Assembly: GCA_964412365.1 (NCBI GenBank)
Contig: CAYPOI010000005.1
Coordinates: 1-61,192, forward strand
Source of the DNA: an uncultured Chitinophagales bacterium
Lineage (GTDB): Bacteria > Bacteroidota > Rhodothermia > Balneolales > HLUCCA01
Length of the DNA: 61,192 nt
Reading direction: 5' to 3'
In this document: positions 47,239-57,385 of the stretch, in pieces
Numbering within the stretch: position 1 is the first letter of the stretch
How the letters are laid out: the number at the start of each line of letters is the position of its first letter
Notes under the pieces: model-generated
The model's database searches: none
Seen by the model: the letters and a program-made list of their open reading frames with translations, nothing else
Told to the model about the DNA's origin: nothing
Made by a program: the position numbers and the translations under genes

Positions 47239-47763
47239 TTAAGGGGTAGGATTGATACCCAGTTCGAGCAATACCTCATCGCTGATGTTCCATTGGGAAC
47301 GTGTGTATAGAAATAAAAAGTCGCCCGTACGGTCGAATACGAAATCAAATCCATCGCGTTGAGCCACGACTTGGATCGCTTCCATCACACGACGTTGAAT
47401 CGGCTCGAGCAACTGAGTCTGCTGGCGAAAATACTCGCCTTCCGGACCGAATCTGGATTGCTCGTACTGTGCTTTGGCTCGTTTTTTGGTCTGAATCTCC
47501 GCTTCCCGCTGAACACGGACCTCAGCGGTGAACAGGATTTCCCGAGCACTGAATTCTTGCTCGAGTCGGTCGATTTCGACCTGCATCGCGGTCAGCTCCT
47601 GATTCCATTCATTGACCAAGGTGCGTAGACGCTGATCCAACCCGGTGTACTCAGGCATTTTGGATAGGATATAATCGGAATCGACATAAGCCAATTTCTG
47701 GTTCTGTGCGGTCGCGATCAACGGCGCGATCAATACGAAAGCCAAAAACAGATAGCGTATCAT
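47239..47763 (-). CDS. OmpH/Skp-family periplasmic chaperone (copy 1)
   Basis: The start is ATG 47763, sharing 1 nt with the bamA stop (TGATG). It has MIRYLFLAFVLIAPLIATAQ, LAYVDSDYILSKMPE and FDFVFD. Confidence 0.82.
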   Translation of the reverse strand: MIRYLFLAFVLIAPLIATAQNQKLAYVDSDYILSKMPEYTGLDQRLRTLVNEWNQELTAMQVEIDRLEQEFSAREILFTAEVRVQREAEIQTKKRAKAQYEQSRFGPEGEYFRQQTQLLEPIQRRVMEAIQVVAQRDGFDFVFDRTGDFLFLYTRSQWNISDEVLLELGINPTP

Positions 47764-50198
47764 CAGAATGGTGCTCCGATATTGAACAGGAATTCCCATT
47801 TACCCGGCTGGACGAATTGAGATCCTTCAACTCCGTCGTAGCGGTACCCATAACTCAGATCGATCAAGCCCAATATCGGAAGGAAGAGTCGAACACCAAA
47901 ACCGCTCGAGCGCTTGAGGGTGAACGGATCGAAATCACGGAAGCCAAGATAGGCGTTACCCGCTTCCGCGAACATGTAAGGAATAATCTGTACCTGGTCG
48001 TTTGATATCGCCGGATATCTCAGCTCCGAGTAGTACTTGTTGTAGATGGTTCCACCCACTTCACGGCCATTCAAATACGGAGAAATCGAGCCCCCAAAGC
48101 CACCTGGATAGCCTTTCAAGTCGATGTTCTCGCGATAGAAGGTCTGCTGCTGCTGAAGGGGCGTTCCACCAAGGTAGAAGCGGCTGAATTGACTCTTCTT
48201 GTCGTCGTTGAACCATCCCAAAAATCCATACTCGAATCCGTTCGTGAAGACCAACTTCCCGACGACAGGGATGTGGTTTTGAAACGCGGTATTGATCTTA
48301 TAAAATTGCCTGAAATCAGCCATCGGTGGAGCGAATTCCCCAGCCAATGTGAATTTGGAACCGAATGACGGAGAAATCGGATTGTCGAGCGAGTTGCGTT
48401 CCAGAATCTGTTTGAGCGAAATCATGGATGCGCGACCCGGACGAATGAATCCTTCCTGTGAAAACACATCGAACATCTGATAGTTCAAGGTGGATGTGTG
48501 CGTGAAATAGTCATCCGGCCATTGCAAACGACGTCCGTACGAGACGTACGTGGAGAACTGTTCATACTTCTGAGTGGTCGAGAAGCGGTAGTAGCTGTAC
48601 GAGGAACCGAAACCGAACGAGTTCGGACGACCCATAAACCAGGGTTCCATGAAGGAGAAGGAATAATTCCGATACCCACCACCCGTCACTTGAACACCAA
48701 GGGAGAGCTTTTGTCCGTCGCCACTTGGAAGCGGACTCCATGCTTCGCGATTGAACATGTTCTGCGCCGAGAAATTATTGAAGTTCACTCGGGTCGACAG
48801 AATGACACCAAACTGACGTCCACCGAAGCCACCTGAAAATTCGAAGTTGTCTGTGCTAACCGACTCATCCAATGCGAAATCCACATCCACGGTCTTCCGC
48901 TCGAAATTCGGATTCAAGTTCGGTGTGATTTTTTCCGGTGTGAAGTACCCTAAGGTGGCCAATTCACGCACGGTACGAATGATCGCGGTACGATTGTAAT
49001 TCTGCCCAGGGACACTCCGGATGGTGCGGCGAACCACATCATCGTTCGTTTTCGTGTTTCCACTGAACGTGACGGCACGAACCTTGGCGATTTCATCTTC
49101 GGCGATGATAAATTTAAGGTCAAGTTGATTGTCGGGAGCCAAAACGATTTCGTCGCTGACTTGGAAGAACAGATAGCCGGCATCGTGATACAAACTGGTC
49201 ACATCCGTGCTGTTCTTGTTCGCTTGAAGATTGCTCGTGAACTTCTCTTCGTTGAAAATGTCCCCTTCTGTGAAATCAAGCGCCGCAGTCAGTACTTCCG
49301 CTGGATACAGCGTATTGCCTTCCCAAGTGATGTTGCGAACCGTGTATTGAGGGCCTTCATAGACGGTCAGTTCGACTGCGATGCCTTCTTTGTCGCCGCG
49401 GTAGTCATAGGTATAGACGGTATCGGATGTGACATGAAAATCGCGATATCCGTTTTTCTTATACAAATTGGCCAAATTGTCGAGCGCGGTCTCATATTTG
49501 TCTTGCTTGAACAATTGACGGGTCAGGCGCCACCAGGTGTTCACCTTGATCTCTTTCATGGTCTTGCGGAGCTTGCGATCCGAGAATGCCTCATTTCCGT
49601 TGATGGCAATCTTCTGAATCTGGATGCGTCGACCCAGATCGATATCAAAATTTAGGTTCTGGCGATTGCGGAGTGTATCGACCTTGCCGAATGAATGCTC
49701 GATTTCAACCTCGGAATATCCTTTCTCCTCATAATAGCGGCGGATGGTGCCCTTGGCTTGAGCGATCATCGATTCGGTGATCGCGAACCCCGATAACAGA
49801 TTCATTTTCTCACGAAGTTCACGACGCTGGCCTCGACGCACTCCCGTGATGGTGTAATCGTCCAAGCGTGGTTGTTCCTTCACACGGATTTCCAACTCGA
49901 TGCGATCGCCCAATACGGCTGTTTGAAAGATGTCGACTTCCGAAAAGAGCCCGGAGCGGTAGATACGACGAACCGCGTCTGCGATCTGTGGACCCGGAAT
50001 CTGAACCACATCCCCCACATCCAAACTGGCGGATGCCAGCACGAATGCTTGGGTTTGCGCGTCCGCACCCACCACTTGGATGGCGGCGATGGTGTACTGA
50101 CGAGGTTGGTTCAGCGTCGGATCACTGATTTGGGCGAACGCCGAAACAGGAGACAGAACCAGTAAACAAATGGAAAGGAAGCGGGTAATCGGATTCAC
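47763..50198 (-). CDS. bamA: outer-membrane protein assembly factor BamA
   Basis: It has a GTG start and a signal peptide. It has five POTRA-like repeats (for example IAINGNEAFSDRKLRKTM and VTFSGNTKTNDDVVRR). The 16-strand barrel ends WEFLFNIGAPF. Confidence 0.93.
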   Translation of the reverse strand: MNPITRFLSICLLVLSPVSAFAQISDPTLNQPRQYTIAAIQVVGADAQTQAFVLASASLDVGDVVQIPGPQIADAVRRIYRSGLFSEVDIFQTAVLGDRIELEIRVKEQPRLDDYTITGVRRGQRRELREKMNLLSGFAITESMIAQAKGTIRRYYEEKGYSEVEIEHSFGKVDTLRNRQNLNFDIDLGRRIQIQKIAINGNEAFSDRKLRKTMKEIKVNTWWRLTRQLFKQDKYETALDNLANLYKKNGYRDFHVTSDTVYTYDYRGDKEGIAVELTVYEGPQYTVRNITWEGNTLYPAEVLTAALDFTEGDIFNEEKFTSNLQANKNSTDVTSLYHDAGYLFFQVSDEIVLAPDNQLDLKFIIAEDEIAKVRAVTFSGNTKTNDDVVRRTIRSVPGQNYNRTAIIRTVRELATLGYFTPEKITPNLNPNFERKTVDVDFALDESVSTDNFEFSGGFGGRQFGVILSTRVNFNNFSAQNMFNREAWSPLPSGDGQKLSLGVQVTGGGYRNYSFSFMEPWFMGRPNSFGFGSSYSYYRFSTTQKYEQFSTYVSYGRRLQWPDDYFTHTSTLNYQMFDVFSQEGFIRPGRASMISLKQILERNSLDNPISPSFGSKFTLAGEFAPPMADFRQFYKINTAFQNHIPVVGKLVFTNGFEYGFLGWFNDDKKSQFSRFYLGGTPLQQQQTFYRENIDLKGYPGGFGGSISPYLNGREVGGTIYNKYYSELRYPAISNDQVQIIPYMFAEAGNAYLGFRDFDPFTLKRSSGFGVRLFLPILGLIDLSYGYRYDGVEGSQFVQPGKWEFLFNIGAPF

Positions 50199-50212
50199 GA
50201 AAAAAGTAACGT

Positions 50213-51010
50213 TCAGGTGACGGGAGTTATTTGCTCGGAGACTTTTCCGAAGCGTCTCTCCCGTTTTTGATAGGATTGAATGGCTTGATAGAGTTCAGCA
50301 CGTCTGAAATCGGGCCAGTAGGCTTGAGTGATATACAACTCGGAGTAAGCGAGCTGCCAGAGAAGAAAATTGCTGATACGGAATTCACCGCTCGTACGGA
50401 TGATCAGATCCGGATCTGGGATGTCGGCTGTGACAAGTTCGGCCGTGATGAGGGCGTCGTTGATGTCGCTGGGTTGCAATTCGCCGTCTTGAACACGCTT
50501 CGCGATTTTACGAACGGCTTGGGTGATGTCCCAACGGCCGGAATAACTCAAGGCCAAGTTCAACTGCAAGCGGTCGTTGTCTTTGGTCAGGGCGATGGCT
50601 TCGCGAAGTTCTTTTTGACAGATTTCCGGAAACCGCTCGATCTGGCCTATGGCCTGCAATCGGATGTTGTTTTCATTCAACCGACGAGTTTCTTTGCGTA
50701 GACTTTGAACCAGGATCTGCATCAAGGCCGAGACCTCATCGGTCGGACGATTCCAATTCTCAGTGGAAAAGGTGTACAAGGTCAGGTATTCGACGCCAAG
50801 TTGCGCGCACGCTTCGGTGATGTCGCGCACCGAATCCACTCCGGCTTGGTGGCCGAAAATCCGCATGCGGCCTTTGTCTTTCGCCCACCGACCATTTCCG
50901 TCCATGATCACCGCGATATGGCGCGGTATATTCCCGATCTGTTTCAACGCATCTTGAGCGTCGCGATCGGGTGCGGTCTGTGGTGAATCAGTTAAGGTGT
51001 ATACTTTCAA
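50213..51010 (-). CDS. uppS: isoprenyl transferase (undecaprenyl-diphosphate synthase)
   Basis: It has HIAVIMDGNGRWA, LTLYTFSTENWNRP, RTSGEFRISNFLLWQLAYSELY and a TTG start. Confidence 0.92.
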   Translation of the reverse strand: MKVYTLTDSPQTAPDRDAQDALKQIGNIPRHIAVIMDGNGRWAKDKGRMRIFGHQAGVDSVRDITEACAQLGVEYLTLYTFSTENWNRPTDEVSALMQILVQSLRKETRRLNENNIRLQAIGQIERFPEICQKELREAIALTKDNDRLQLNLALSYSGRWDITQAVRKIAKRVQDGELQPSDINDALITAELVTADIPDPDLIIRTSGEFRISNFLLWQLAYSELYITQAYWPDFRRAELYQAIQSYQKRERRFGKVSEQITPVT

Positions 51011-51056
51011 AGTGGAATCTATAATCGGGTAAAATTAGGGCTTTATCACCCGATTC

Positions 51057-51539
51057 TCAAACGGAAAGACGACGAACCTGACTTAGGATATCGAGCATTT
51101 CCAACATGGTGGCAGCGGCCTCCGCACCTTTATTGCCATGGCGTTCACCTGCCCTATCCATGGCTTGTTCCACGGTATCGGTCGTCAGTACGCCGAAAAT
51201 AACGGGTTTGCCGTATCGGATGGACAGATCGCCGAGCCCTCTCGTCACGCCCAATGCCACATAATCGAAGTGGGGCGTATCGCCACGGATGATGGCGCCG
51301 ATGCCGATCACACCGTCCACATTGCGCCGCTCCAGCAAGGCTTGGGCCACGGTCGGTATTTCAAACGCGCCCGGACACTCCACAACAAGAATGCGCTCCT
51401 CGCTCAATCCGTTGGCTCTGAGGATGTCCACCGCGCCGTCTCGCAGACGTTCGGTGATGAAACTGTTCCATTTCGCCATCACAATCGCGACGGTCGAATC
51501 AGACACATGTGCGGGGTTACCGCTGATGTTCACTGGCAT
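51057..51539 (-). CDS. ribH: 6,7-dimethyl-8-ribityllumazine synthase
   Basis: It has VAIVMAKWNSFITERL, VECPGAFEIP, IGAIIRGDTPHFDYV and GNKGAEAA. Confidence 0.93.
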   Translation of the reverse strand: MPVNISGNPAHVSDSTVAIVMAKWNSFITERLRDGAVDILRANGLSEERILVVECPGAFEIPTVAQALLERRNVDGVIGIGAIIRGDTPHFDYVALGVTRGLGDLSIRYGKPVIFGVLTTDTVEQAMDRAGERHGNKGAEAAATMLEMLDILSQVRRLSV

Positions 51540-52353
51540 AATCCATCCGTTCTAAGAAGTAGGTCGATTCCGGTTCGGTCAAGGCCACCATCCCCATCAA
51601 GGTATGGTCTTCAGGCTTATTTCCATGAAAATCCGATCCACCGGTAGGGATCAACTGGCATAACCGGGCATAATCGAGGTATTTCGTGCGTAGAGAGGCA
51701 TCGTGACTAGGATGGATGCATTCCAGGCCTTCCAATCCGGCCGCAACGAGGGATCTCAATTCCAGAAACCCGTACAAATTTCCGGGATGGGCTAGAACTG
51801 TCAGCGCCCCCGCATCCCGAAACCGTTGGATCATGTCCGTCACGTCTGGAAATGGGGATGGAGCTTTGCGCGCCACCGTCACCAAATGCTGGTCGAAAGC
51901 CGATTTCAGGGTTGAAACATGACCTGCTTCCACCATCGCTCGTGCCACATGCACACGACCGAGGGTAAGATGTCCGGCGGATGCGACCACATCATCGATA
52001 TGGATGTCGATTCCGCGTGCTTTCAGCATCGCTAGCAACCCTTTCGCCCGATTGTAGCGGATGGTTTTTTGGGACTGAAGCACCTCCTTCATCAATGGGT
52101 GGTCGGGCGACATGCCGTAAATCAGCAAATGGCAATCTCGACCCTTCAGGGATGTCGACAGTTCCACACCATACATCAGATTCAAACCCAATGCCGCGGC
52201 AGCCGGTACCGCTTCGGCATAGGCTTCCATCGAGTCGTGATCGGTGATCGACACATGCGTCAATCCCGCATTCCTCGCCATGTCCAATACCACCGCTGGC
52301 GGATACGCCCCGTCGGAGTAACGGGTGTGCATATGGAAATCGCCCTTCATCAT
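51517..52353 (-). CDS. PHP-domain metal-dependent phosphoesterase
   Basis: It has DFHMHTRYSDG, ISITDHD, LAHP and GGSDFHG. Confidence 0.82.
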   Translation of the reverse strand: MMKGDFHMHTRYSDGAYPPAVVLDMARNAGLTHVSITDHDSMEAYAEAVPAAAALGLNLMYGVELSTSLKGRDCHLLIYGMSPDHPLMKEVLQSQKTIRYNRAKGLLAMLKARGIDIHIDDVVASAGHLTLGRVHVARAMVEAGHVSTLKSAFDQHLVTVARKAPSPFPDVTDMIQRFRDAGALTVLAHPGNLYGFLELRSLVAAGLEGLECIHPSHDASLRTKYLDYARLCQLIPTGGSDFHGNKPEDHTLMGMVALTEPESTYFLERMDYASEHQR

Positions 52354-53981
52354 CAGGGTGTGCCTTTCAGCAGGGCGGAATAGCGGCTCGAATCCTTGAA
52401 CAAGCGCATGGCTTCGAGGATGGATGGATCCGTTTCAAGGCGTTTGCGGGTCAATGCGGTCGCTCCGAGATATCGCGACAGGATTTCATCATGCAATTCG
52501 GCGCGGATGAGGTCCTCAATCCGTACAAAGTCTTGTCCGCGCAGGCGGGCGAGCTCGTCTTCCATCTGTTTCCAAACCTCTGGATATTTCTGAAGCTCGG
52601 TTTCGGGTACGGATGACCGGATGTCCGCCAGCTGCGCCATCTGGCGGGTTTGGTACGTGAAGTTTTCGGCCACCAGCCATTCGCGAAATTCGCGATAAAC
52701 GGAAGGTGGCAGGCGGTCTTCCGAATAGTCCTCGTTACTGGCGCGAAATTCATTTGCGAATCGGAAATAATAACCGGAGTTGCGCAATTCCAGATCCAGA
52801 CGCTCGGTTTCGGGTTCTTCGAGCCATACATCCGGATCGATTCCGAGTCCGTCTTTCACGTCGCGACCATTTTTGGTCTTGAATGTGGTTCTTAGCGAAT
52901 CCGGCAGCACACTCGCATCCCGTCCGTCATGCAAATACTGCAGCGATTGGATGGATCGGCCGGATGGGGTGTAGTATCGCGATACGGTCAATTTCAGGGA
53001 GACGTTGTACGACAACGGACGCACGATCTGAACCAAGCCTTTCCCGAAACTGCGATCACCCAAGATCACCGCGCGATCCAGATCTTGCAGGGCACCCGCC
53101 ACGATTTCCGACGACGATGCGCTGCCGCCGTTCTGAAGCACGATGAGCGGTCCGTTGAAAAACACAGGTTCCGAGGTCAGGTACTGGTTTCGGTCTTCTT
53201 CGGCGCGACCCACGGTTTTCACCACGAGTTGGTTAGGTGGCACGAATTGATCGACCAAGCGAACGGCTTCATCCAATAATCCACCTGGATTGTTTCGCAG
53301 ATCGAGAATCAAGGATTGGATGGGAGCCTCAGCCTTGAGCAGGGTCAGGGCTTTGCGGATTTCTTCGGTGGCATTGAATCCGAACCGGGAAAGCGAGACA
53401 TACGCCACGCCTTGGGCTTGGTCGATCCACCCCGCATAGGCCACGTTGGTCATCTCAACCCGCTGACGAGTCAGCAAAAAGTCGATTGGATCTTCGATAC
53501 CGCTGCGCAGCAACGTCACCGTCACCGTCGTTCCGACCTCCCCTTTCAACAAATTATATAAGTCTTGGACGGCATACCCTTCCACATCCACGCCATCGAT
53601 TGATTGGATCACATCCCCCGCGCGGACTCCCTTTTCAAACGCGGAATACCCTTCCATCGGCGCAATGATGACGAGTTGGTTGCCTCGAGCGCCCACCTCG
53701 ATGCCAACGCCGGTGTATGTTCCGGTCATCATCATGTCCATTACGGCATCATCGCCGTCATCCATCAAAACGGTGTATGGGTCGAGCAATTCGAGCATCG
53801 CGTTGATGCCGTTGCGCAACATCACGCCCGCTTCCACATCGTCCACATATCGGCGGGACACCTCGTTGTAGACTTCGCTATACAGGGTGAGGTTCTTTTT
53901 GACTTCGAAATAACGGTCGGCTTGCCAGAAAACTATTCCGACTACAAGCAAGGATGCGAATACGAGTCTGTATCGTGCCAT
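52353..53981 (-). CDS. S41 family C-terminal processing peptidase with PDZ domain
   Basis: It has an N-terminal TM anchor, a PDZ domain (GVRAGDVIQSIDGVDV) and the catalytic region VLQNGGSASSSEIVAGALQD...GDRSFGKGLVQ. Confidence 0.88.
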   Translation of the reverse strand: MARYRLVFASLLVVGIVFWQADRYFEVKKNLTLYSEVYNEVSRRYVDDVEAGVMLRNGINAMLELLDPYTVLMDDGDDAVMDMMMTGTYTGVGIEVGARGNQLVIIAPMEGYSAFEKGVRAGDVIQSIDGVDVEGYAVQDLYNLLKGEVGTTVTVTLLRSGIEDPIDFLLTRQRVEMTNVAYAGWIDQAQGVAYVSLSRFGFNATEEIRKALTLLKAEAPIQSLILDLRNNPGGLLDEAVRLVDQFVPPNQLVVKTVGRAEEDRNQYLTSEPVFFNGPLIVLQNGGSASSSEIVAGALQDLDRAVILGDRSFGKGLVQIVRPLSYNVSLKLTVSRYYTPSGRSIQSLQYLHDGRDASVLPDSLRTTFKTKNGRDVKDGLGIDPDVWLEEPETERLDLELRNSGYYFRFANEFRASNEDYSEDRLPPSVYREFREWLVAENFTYQTRQMAQLADIRSSVPETELQKYPEVWKQMEDELARLRGQDFVRIEDLIRAELHDEILSRYLGATALTRKRLETDPSILEAMRLFKDSSRYSALLKGTP

Positions 53982-55685
53982 TTAACGAGACACTCTAAGT
54001 ACTTGTCCCGGACGCACCACATCGCCGCGCAGATTGTTCATCCGTTTGAGCTGGTTGACCGACATGCTATGTTTGCGTGCGATTTCCCACAACGAATCAC
54101 CCGATCTCACGCGATATGTCCCGGAGGAAGCCACTGCCGTAGTGCGAGTCGATGTCGCCGCGGTTCTAGCACGGGATGGAGAATCGGCCAAAATCGCAAC
54201 ATTGCTTCCTCCTTGCACCGGTATCATGATTTGTTGACCCGGATGGATCGTCGTTTTCAGCGATTCATTGGCAGCGAACAGGTCACGGACCGTGATGCCA
54301 TACCGATTGGCGATCATGCCAAGAGATTCACCCCTTTTCACCGTATGGAGCGCCATGTCTTGAATGGCGGAGGCCGCAAGCGTCTCGAAATCCTGCATGA
54401 ACGCATTCTTGCGTCCGGTTGGAATTTTCAATTGATAGGGTTTCGGTCCGGGTGGCGTGGCCCAGCGAAGCAATTCCGGATTCATGTCCCGCAATTCCTG
54501 CGTGGTCATGCCGGCCAATTTCGCGAGGGCGCTCAATTCGATGGATCCTTTGATTTCAACCACATCAAATGTCTGCTCTTCTTTCATCGGAACGCGCTCG
54601 AAGCCATAATCTTCCGGATTCATGGCGATGGTGGTCGCAGCGATGAACGCCGGCACATACCCGCGTGTCTCACGTGGCAGATACGGATAGATGGCCCAAT
54701 AATCGCGCTGACCATTCGCCAAAGCGATGGAGCTGCGGATCCGTCGCGGACTCACATTGTAATTCGCCAAGGCCAGATGCCAATCACCCCAAATCACATA
54801 CAGATCTTTCAAGTGTCGGGCGGCGGCGCGGGTGGATTTCAACGGATCACGACGTTCATCAATCCACCAATTCACTTCCAAGCCATAACTGTTCCCCGTG
54901 GCTTTGATGAATTGCCAGAGTCCGACCGCGCTGGCGCTGGATCGGGCCACTGGAACCAAGCCTGATTCGATCATCGACAAGTGAATGAGTTCTTCTGGCA
55001 CACCTTCTTCTTGGAAGATGCGGCGCATCATCGGGAAATAGATGGATGAGCGTTCGAGCCAGCGTTCCATGATTTCGGGACGGCGTTGAGTCAGATAGGC
55101 CATCTGATTCTGCACTTGCGTGTTGAAGATCAAAGGCACCGTCGTCGTAACTTCCTCACGACGCGGAATGATCAGCTTGGAATCGTCGATGAAGGTGTCT
55201 TCGATCGCGAACATGTCTTCAAGAATGGCGAAAATCTCGCCTTCCGAATCGCGCAACGGTTCGGTGATGCCATAAAAGGATTGGTATTCGATCAGAATCG
55301 TGCGATACAACTCGGTGTAGCGGCGGTTGGTCTGTGCTTCCGGGTATTCATCGATGATGCTTTGCAAGGCGTTCAGCGATTGCAACAGATAATGCTCGGC
55401 GGAGAGGATGTCGAACGCCAGCTGCGCCTGCAGTTGAGCCACATGCAAGGTGTAGACATCGGCGATTCGTTTGACCAACTCGCGCTCGGTGTCTTCAGAC
55501 GCATTGGCGGTTTGTCCTAAGGCCCAGACCGCATCCACCTTCACTGGCGGATCGAAAGGTAATTGGGGATCCGGCACCGGTTGATACATCACACGCCCCT
55601 CTTGGGCGTAAACAGACGTGGTGAACAACAACAGTGCGAGAAGACAGAGAATCCGATACATAGGCCAAAAGAAGAGTTTAATCAT
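53982..55685 (-). CDS. lytic transglycosylase (SLT domain) with C-terminal LysM repeats, MltD-like
   Basis: The SLT core is LSMIESGLVPVARSSASAVGLWQFIKATG. LysM repeats are HTVKRGESLGMIANRYGITVRDLFAAN and YRVRSGDSLWEIARKHSMSVNQLKRMN. An alternative ATG lies at 55661. Confidence 0.88.
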   Translation of the reverse strand: MIKLFFWPMYRILCLLALLLFTTSVYAQEGRVMYQPVPDPQLPFDPPVKVDAVWALGQTANASEDTERELVKRIADVYTLHVAQLQAQLAFDILSAEHYLLQSLNALQSIIDEYPEAQTNRRYTELYRTILIEYQSFYGITEPLRDSEGEIFAILEDMFAIEDTFIDDSKLIIPRREEVTTTVPLIFNTQVQNQMAYLTQRRPEIMERWLERSSIYFPMMRRIFQEEGVPEELIHLSMIESGLVPVARSSASAVGLWQFIKATGNSYGLEVNWWIDERRDPLKSTRAAARHLKDLYVIWGDWHLALANYNVSPRRIRSSIALANGQRDYWAIYPYLPRETRGYVPAFIAATTIAMNPEDYGFERVPMKEEQTFDVVEIKGSIELSALAKLAGMTTQELRDMNPELLRWATPPGPKPYQLKIPTGRKNAFMQDFETLAASAIQDMALHTVKRGESLGMIANRYGITVRDLFAANESLKTTIHPGQQIMIPVQGGSNVAILADSPSRARTAATSTRTTAVASSGTYRVRSGDSLWEIARKHSMSVNQLKRMNNLRGDVVRPGQVLRVSR

Positions 55686-55708
55686 ACAGGAACGACAAGA
55701 TAGCCAAT

Positions 55709-57385
55709 TTATGATGATGCCTTTTCACGCCATTGCTGCGCGATGGGCAATCGGCGACCAATCCCAAAGGCTTTGGCCGAGATCCGTAACCCTGGCGGAG
55801 CTTGTCTCCGCTTGTATTCCGCACCATCTACCAGTTGTAGAACCCGAAGCACCGTAGACAGTTCCATTCCTTGCGAACAAATCTCATCCACTGAGGCCTG
55901 ATTCTCGATGTAGAGACGTAAAATCTTGTCCAATATGTCATATTCCGGCAGCGAGTCAGAATCTTTCTGATCCGGACGCAGCTCGGCGCTCGGCGCTTTT
56001 GTCAGGATCGAACGAGGAATGACCTCTTGCTTGTAATAGACATCGTTTAACCAATGGCACAAAGCATAGACTTCGGTCTTGTACACATCGGAGATCACGC
56101 TGAGTCCGCCCGCCATGTCTCCATACAAGGTGCAATAGCCCACCGCCATTTCCGATTTGTTGCCCGTGTTGAGCACGATGTGGCCGAATTTATTGGATAT
56201 GGCCATCAACAATTGTCCACGGATGCGGCTTTGCAGGTTTTCTTCCGCCACAGAAAAGGATGTTCCCGTGAACAGTGGATCCAACGTGGTAAGCGCCGTC
56301 TTATACATCTCGGCAATCGCTAACGTCTCGATGTGAATCCCAAGGTTTTGCGCCAGTTGGATGGAATCATCCACGCTTCCCATGGACGAGAATTCGGATG
56401 GCATCGTCACGCCCATCACGTTTTCCGCACCTAAGGCTTCTTTGGCGAGCACCGCGACCAAGGCCGAATCGATACCACCACTGAGTCCTAATAAGGCTTT
56501 GGCCGGCATGCCGGATTTGGCCACATAATCGCGGATCCCAAGCACCAAGGCCTTGAACATGCGTTCTTCATAGGTGAAATCGCGCAGACGAAGGGGCGAC
56601 AAACCACGAACCGAACCATCTTTTTCCAACTCCACATCACAAAAAGCGGCATCAAATAGTCCGGCCGAGGCTACCAATGCCCCATCCCGATCAAGCGCCA
56701 TCGAATCGCCATCGAACACGACTTCCGTGTTCGCTCCAGCCTGATTCACATAAAGGATGGGAACCTTCAGTTTCGCCACATGATTTCGCAGCATGCCGAT
56801 GCGGATATCCGCTTTTCGTTTGCTGAAAGGGGATGCGGACACATTCACGATCACCTTCGCGCCACGTTTGACCAGCTCTTCGGCCGGATTCACCAAATAG
56901 CGATGATAGACAATCTCGTTTTCGCTGTTCCAGATGTCTTCGCAGATGGTAATGCCGAATGGGATTCCACCGATGTCCACCACATCGAATGACGTGTTCG
57001 GCTCGAAATACCGGAACTCATCGAAGATGTCGTAGGTGGGGAGAAGGGTTTTGTGCACCACGGATTGCACCTGGCCGTGGCGGGCCACGATCACCGAATT
57101 GTGGATCGGTCGGCTGCGGGTCACGGGCGCCTCGGTGACGGTGCCGAACATGAGCGCAGTGGAGCCGGTCATGGCCGTGAGTTCGGCGTTGGCCCGCAGC
57201 AGACGATCGAGGAAGGAACGTCGTTCGAGCAAGTCCATCGGCGGATAGCCGCAGGTCGCGAGTTCGGTGACGATCAACAGATCGATGTTGTGAGCGGATG
57301 CGTCTTCGTACACCGCTCGAATCGCTGCCACATTCGCATCAATGGCACCGACCGTCGGATTCAGCTGATGGAGGCGGACTCTCAT
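55709..57385 (-). CDS. nadE: glutamine-dependent NAD+ synthetase
   Basis: I take the start at ATG 57385 (MRVRLHQLNPTVG), an ATGA overlap with the upstream stop. It has an N-terminal nitrilase/CN-hydrolase domain (ICEDIW). The C-terminal synthetase domain has the P-loop LGLSGGIDSA. Confidence 0.92.
   Translation of the reverse strand: MRVRLHQLNPTVGAIDANVAAIRAVYEDASAHNIDLLIVTELATCGYPPMDLLERRSFLDRLLRANAELTAMTGSTALMFGTVTEAPVTRSRPIHNSVIVARHGQVQSVVHKTLLPTYDIFDEFRYFEPNTSFDVVDIGGIPFGITICEDIWNSENEIVYHRYLVNPAEELVKRGAKVIVNVSASPFSKRKADIRIGMLRNHVAKLKVPILYVNQAGANTEVVFDGDSMALDRDGALVASAGLFDAAFCDVELEKDGSVRGLSPLRLRDFTYEERMFKALVLGIRDYVAKSGMPAKALLGLSGGIDSALVAVLAKEALGAENVMGVTMPSEFSSMGSVDDSIQLAQNLGIHIETLAIAEMYKTALTTLDPLFTGTSFSVAEENLQSRIRGQLLMAISNKFGHIVLNTGNKSEMAVGYCTLYGDMAGGLSVISDVYKTEVYALCHWLNDVYYKQEVIPRSILTKAPSAELRPDQKDSDSLPEYDILDKILRLYIENQASVDEICSQGMELSTVLRVLQLVDGAEYKRRQAPPGLRISAKAFGIGRRLPIAQQWREKASS

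Noticed and set aside
51023-51055. The hairpin AATCGGGT-N17-ACCCGATT between ribH and uppS, and the idea of an FMN riboswitch for ribH
   Set aside because: The hairpin has a large loop and no U-tract, so it is at best a weak terminator. ribH overlaps the upstream PHP gene by 23 nt, leaving no leader for a riboswitch.
53604-54965. A 453-aa plus-strand ORF
   Set aside because: It spans the junction of two well-supported minus-strand genes (the S41 peptidase and the MltD-like gene). It is Arg/His/Gly-rich with no domain signature.
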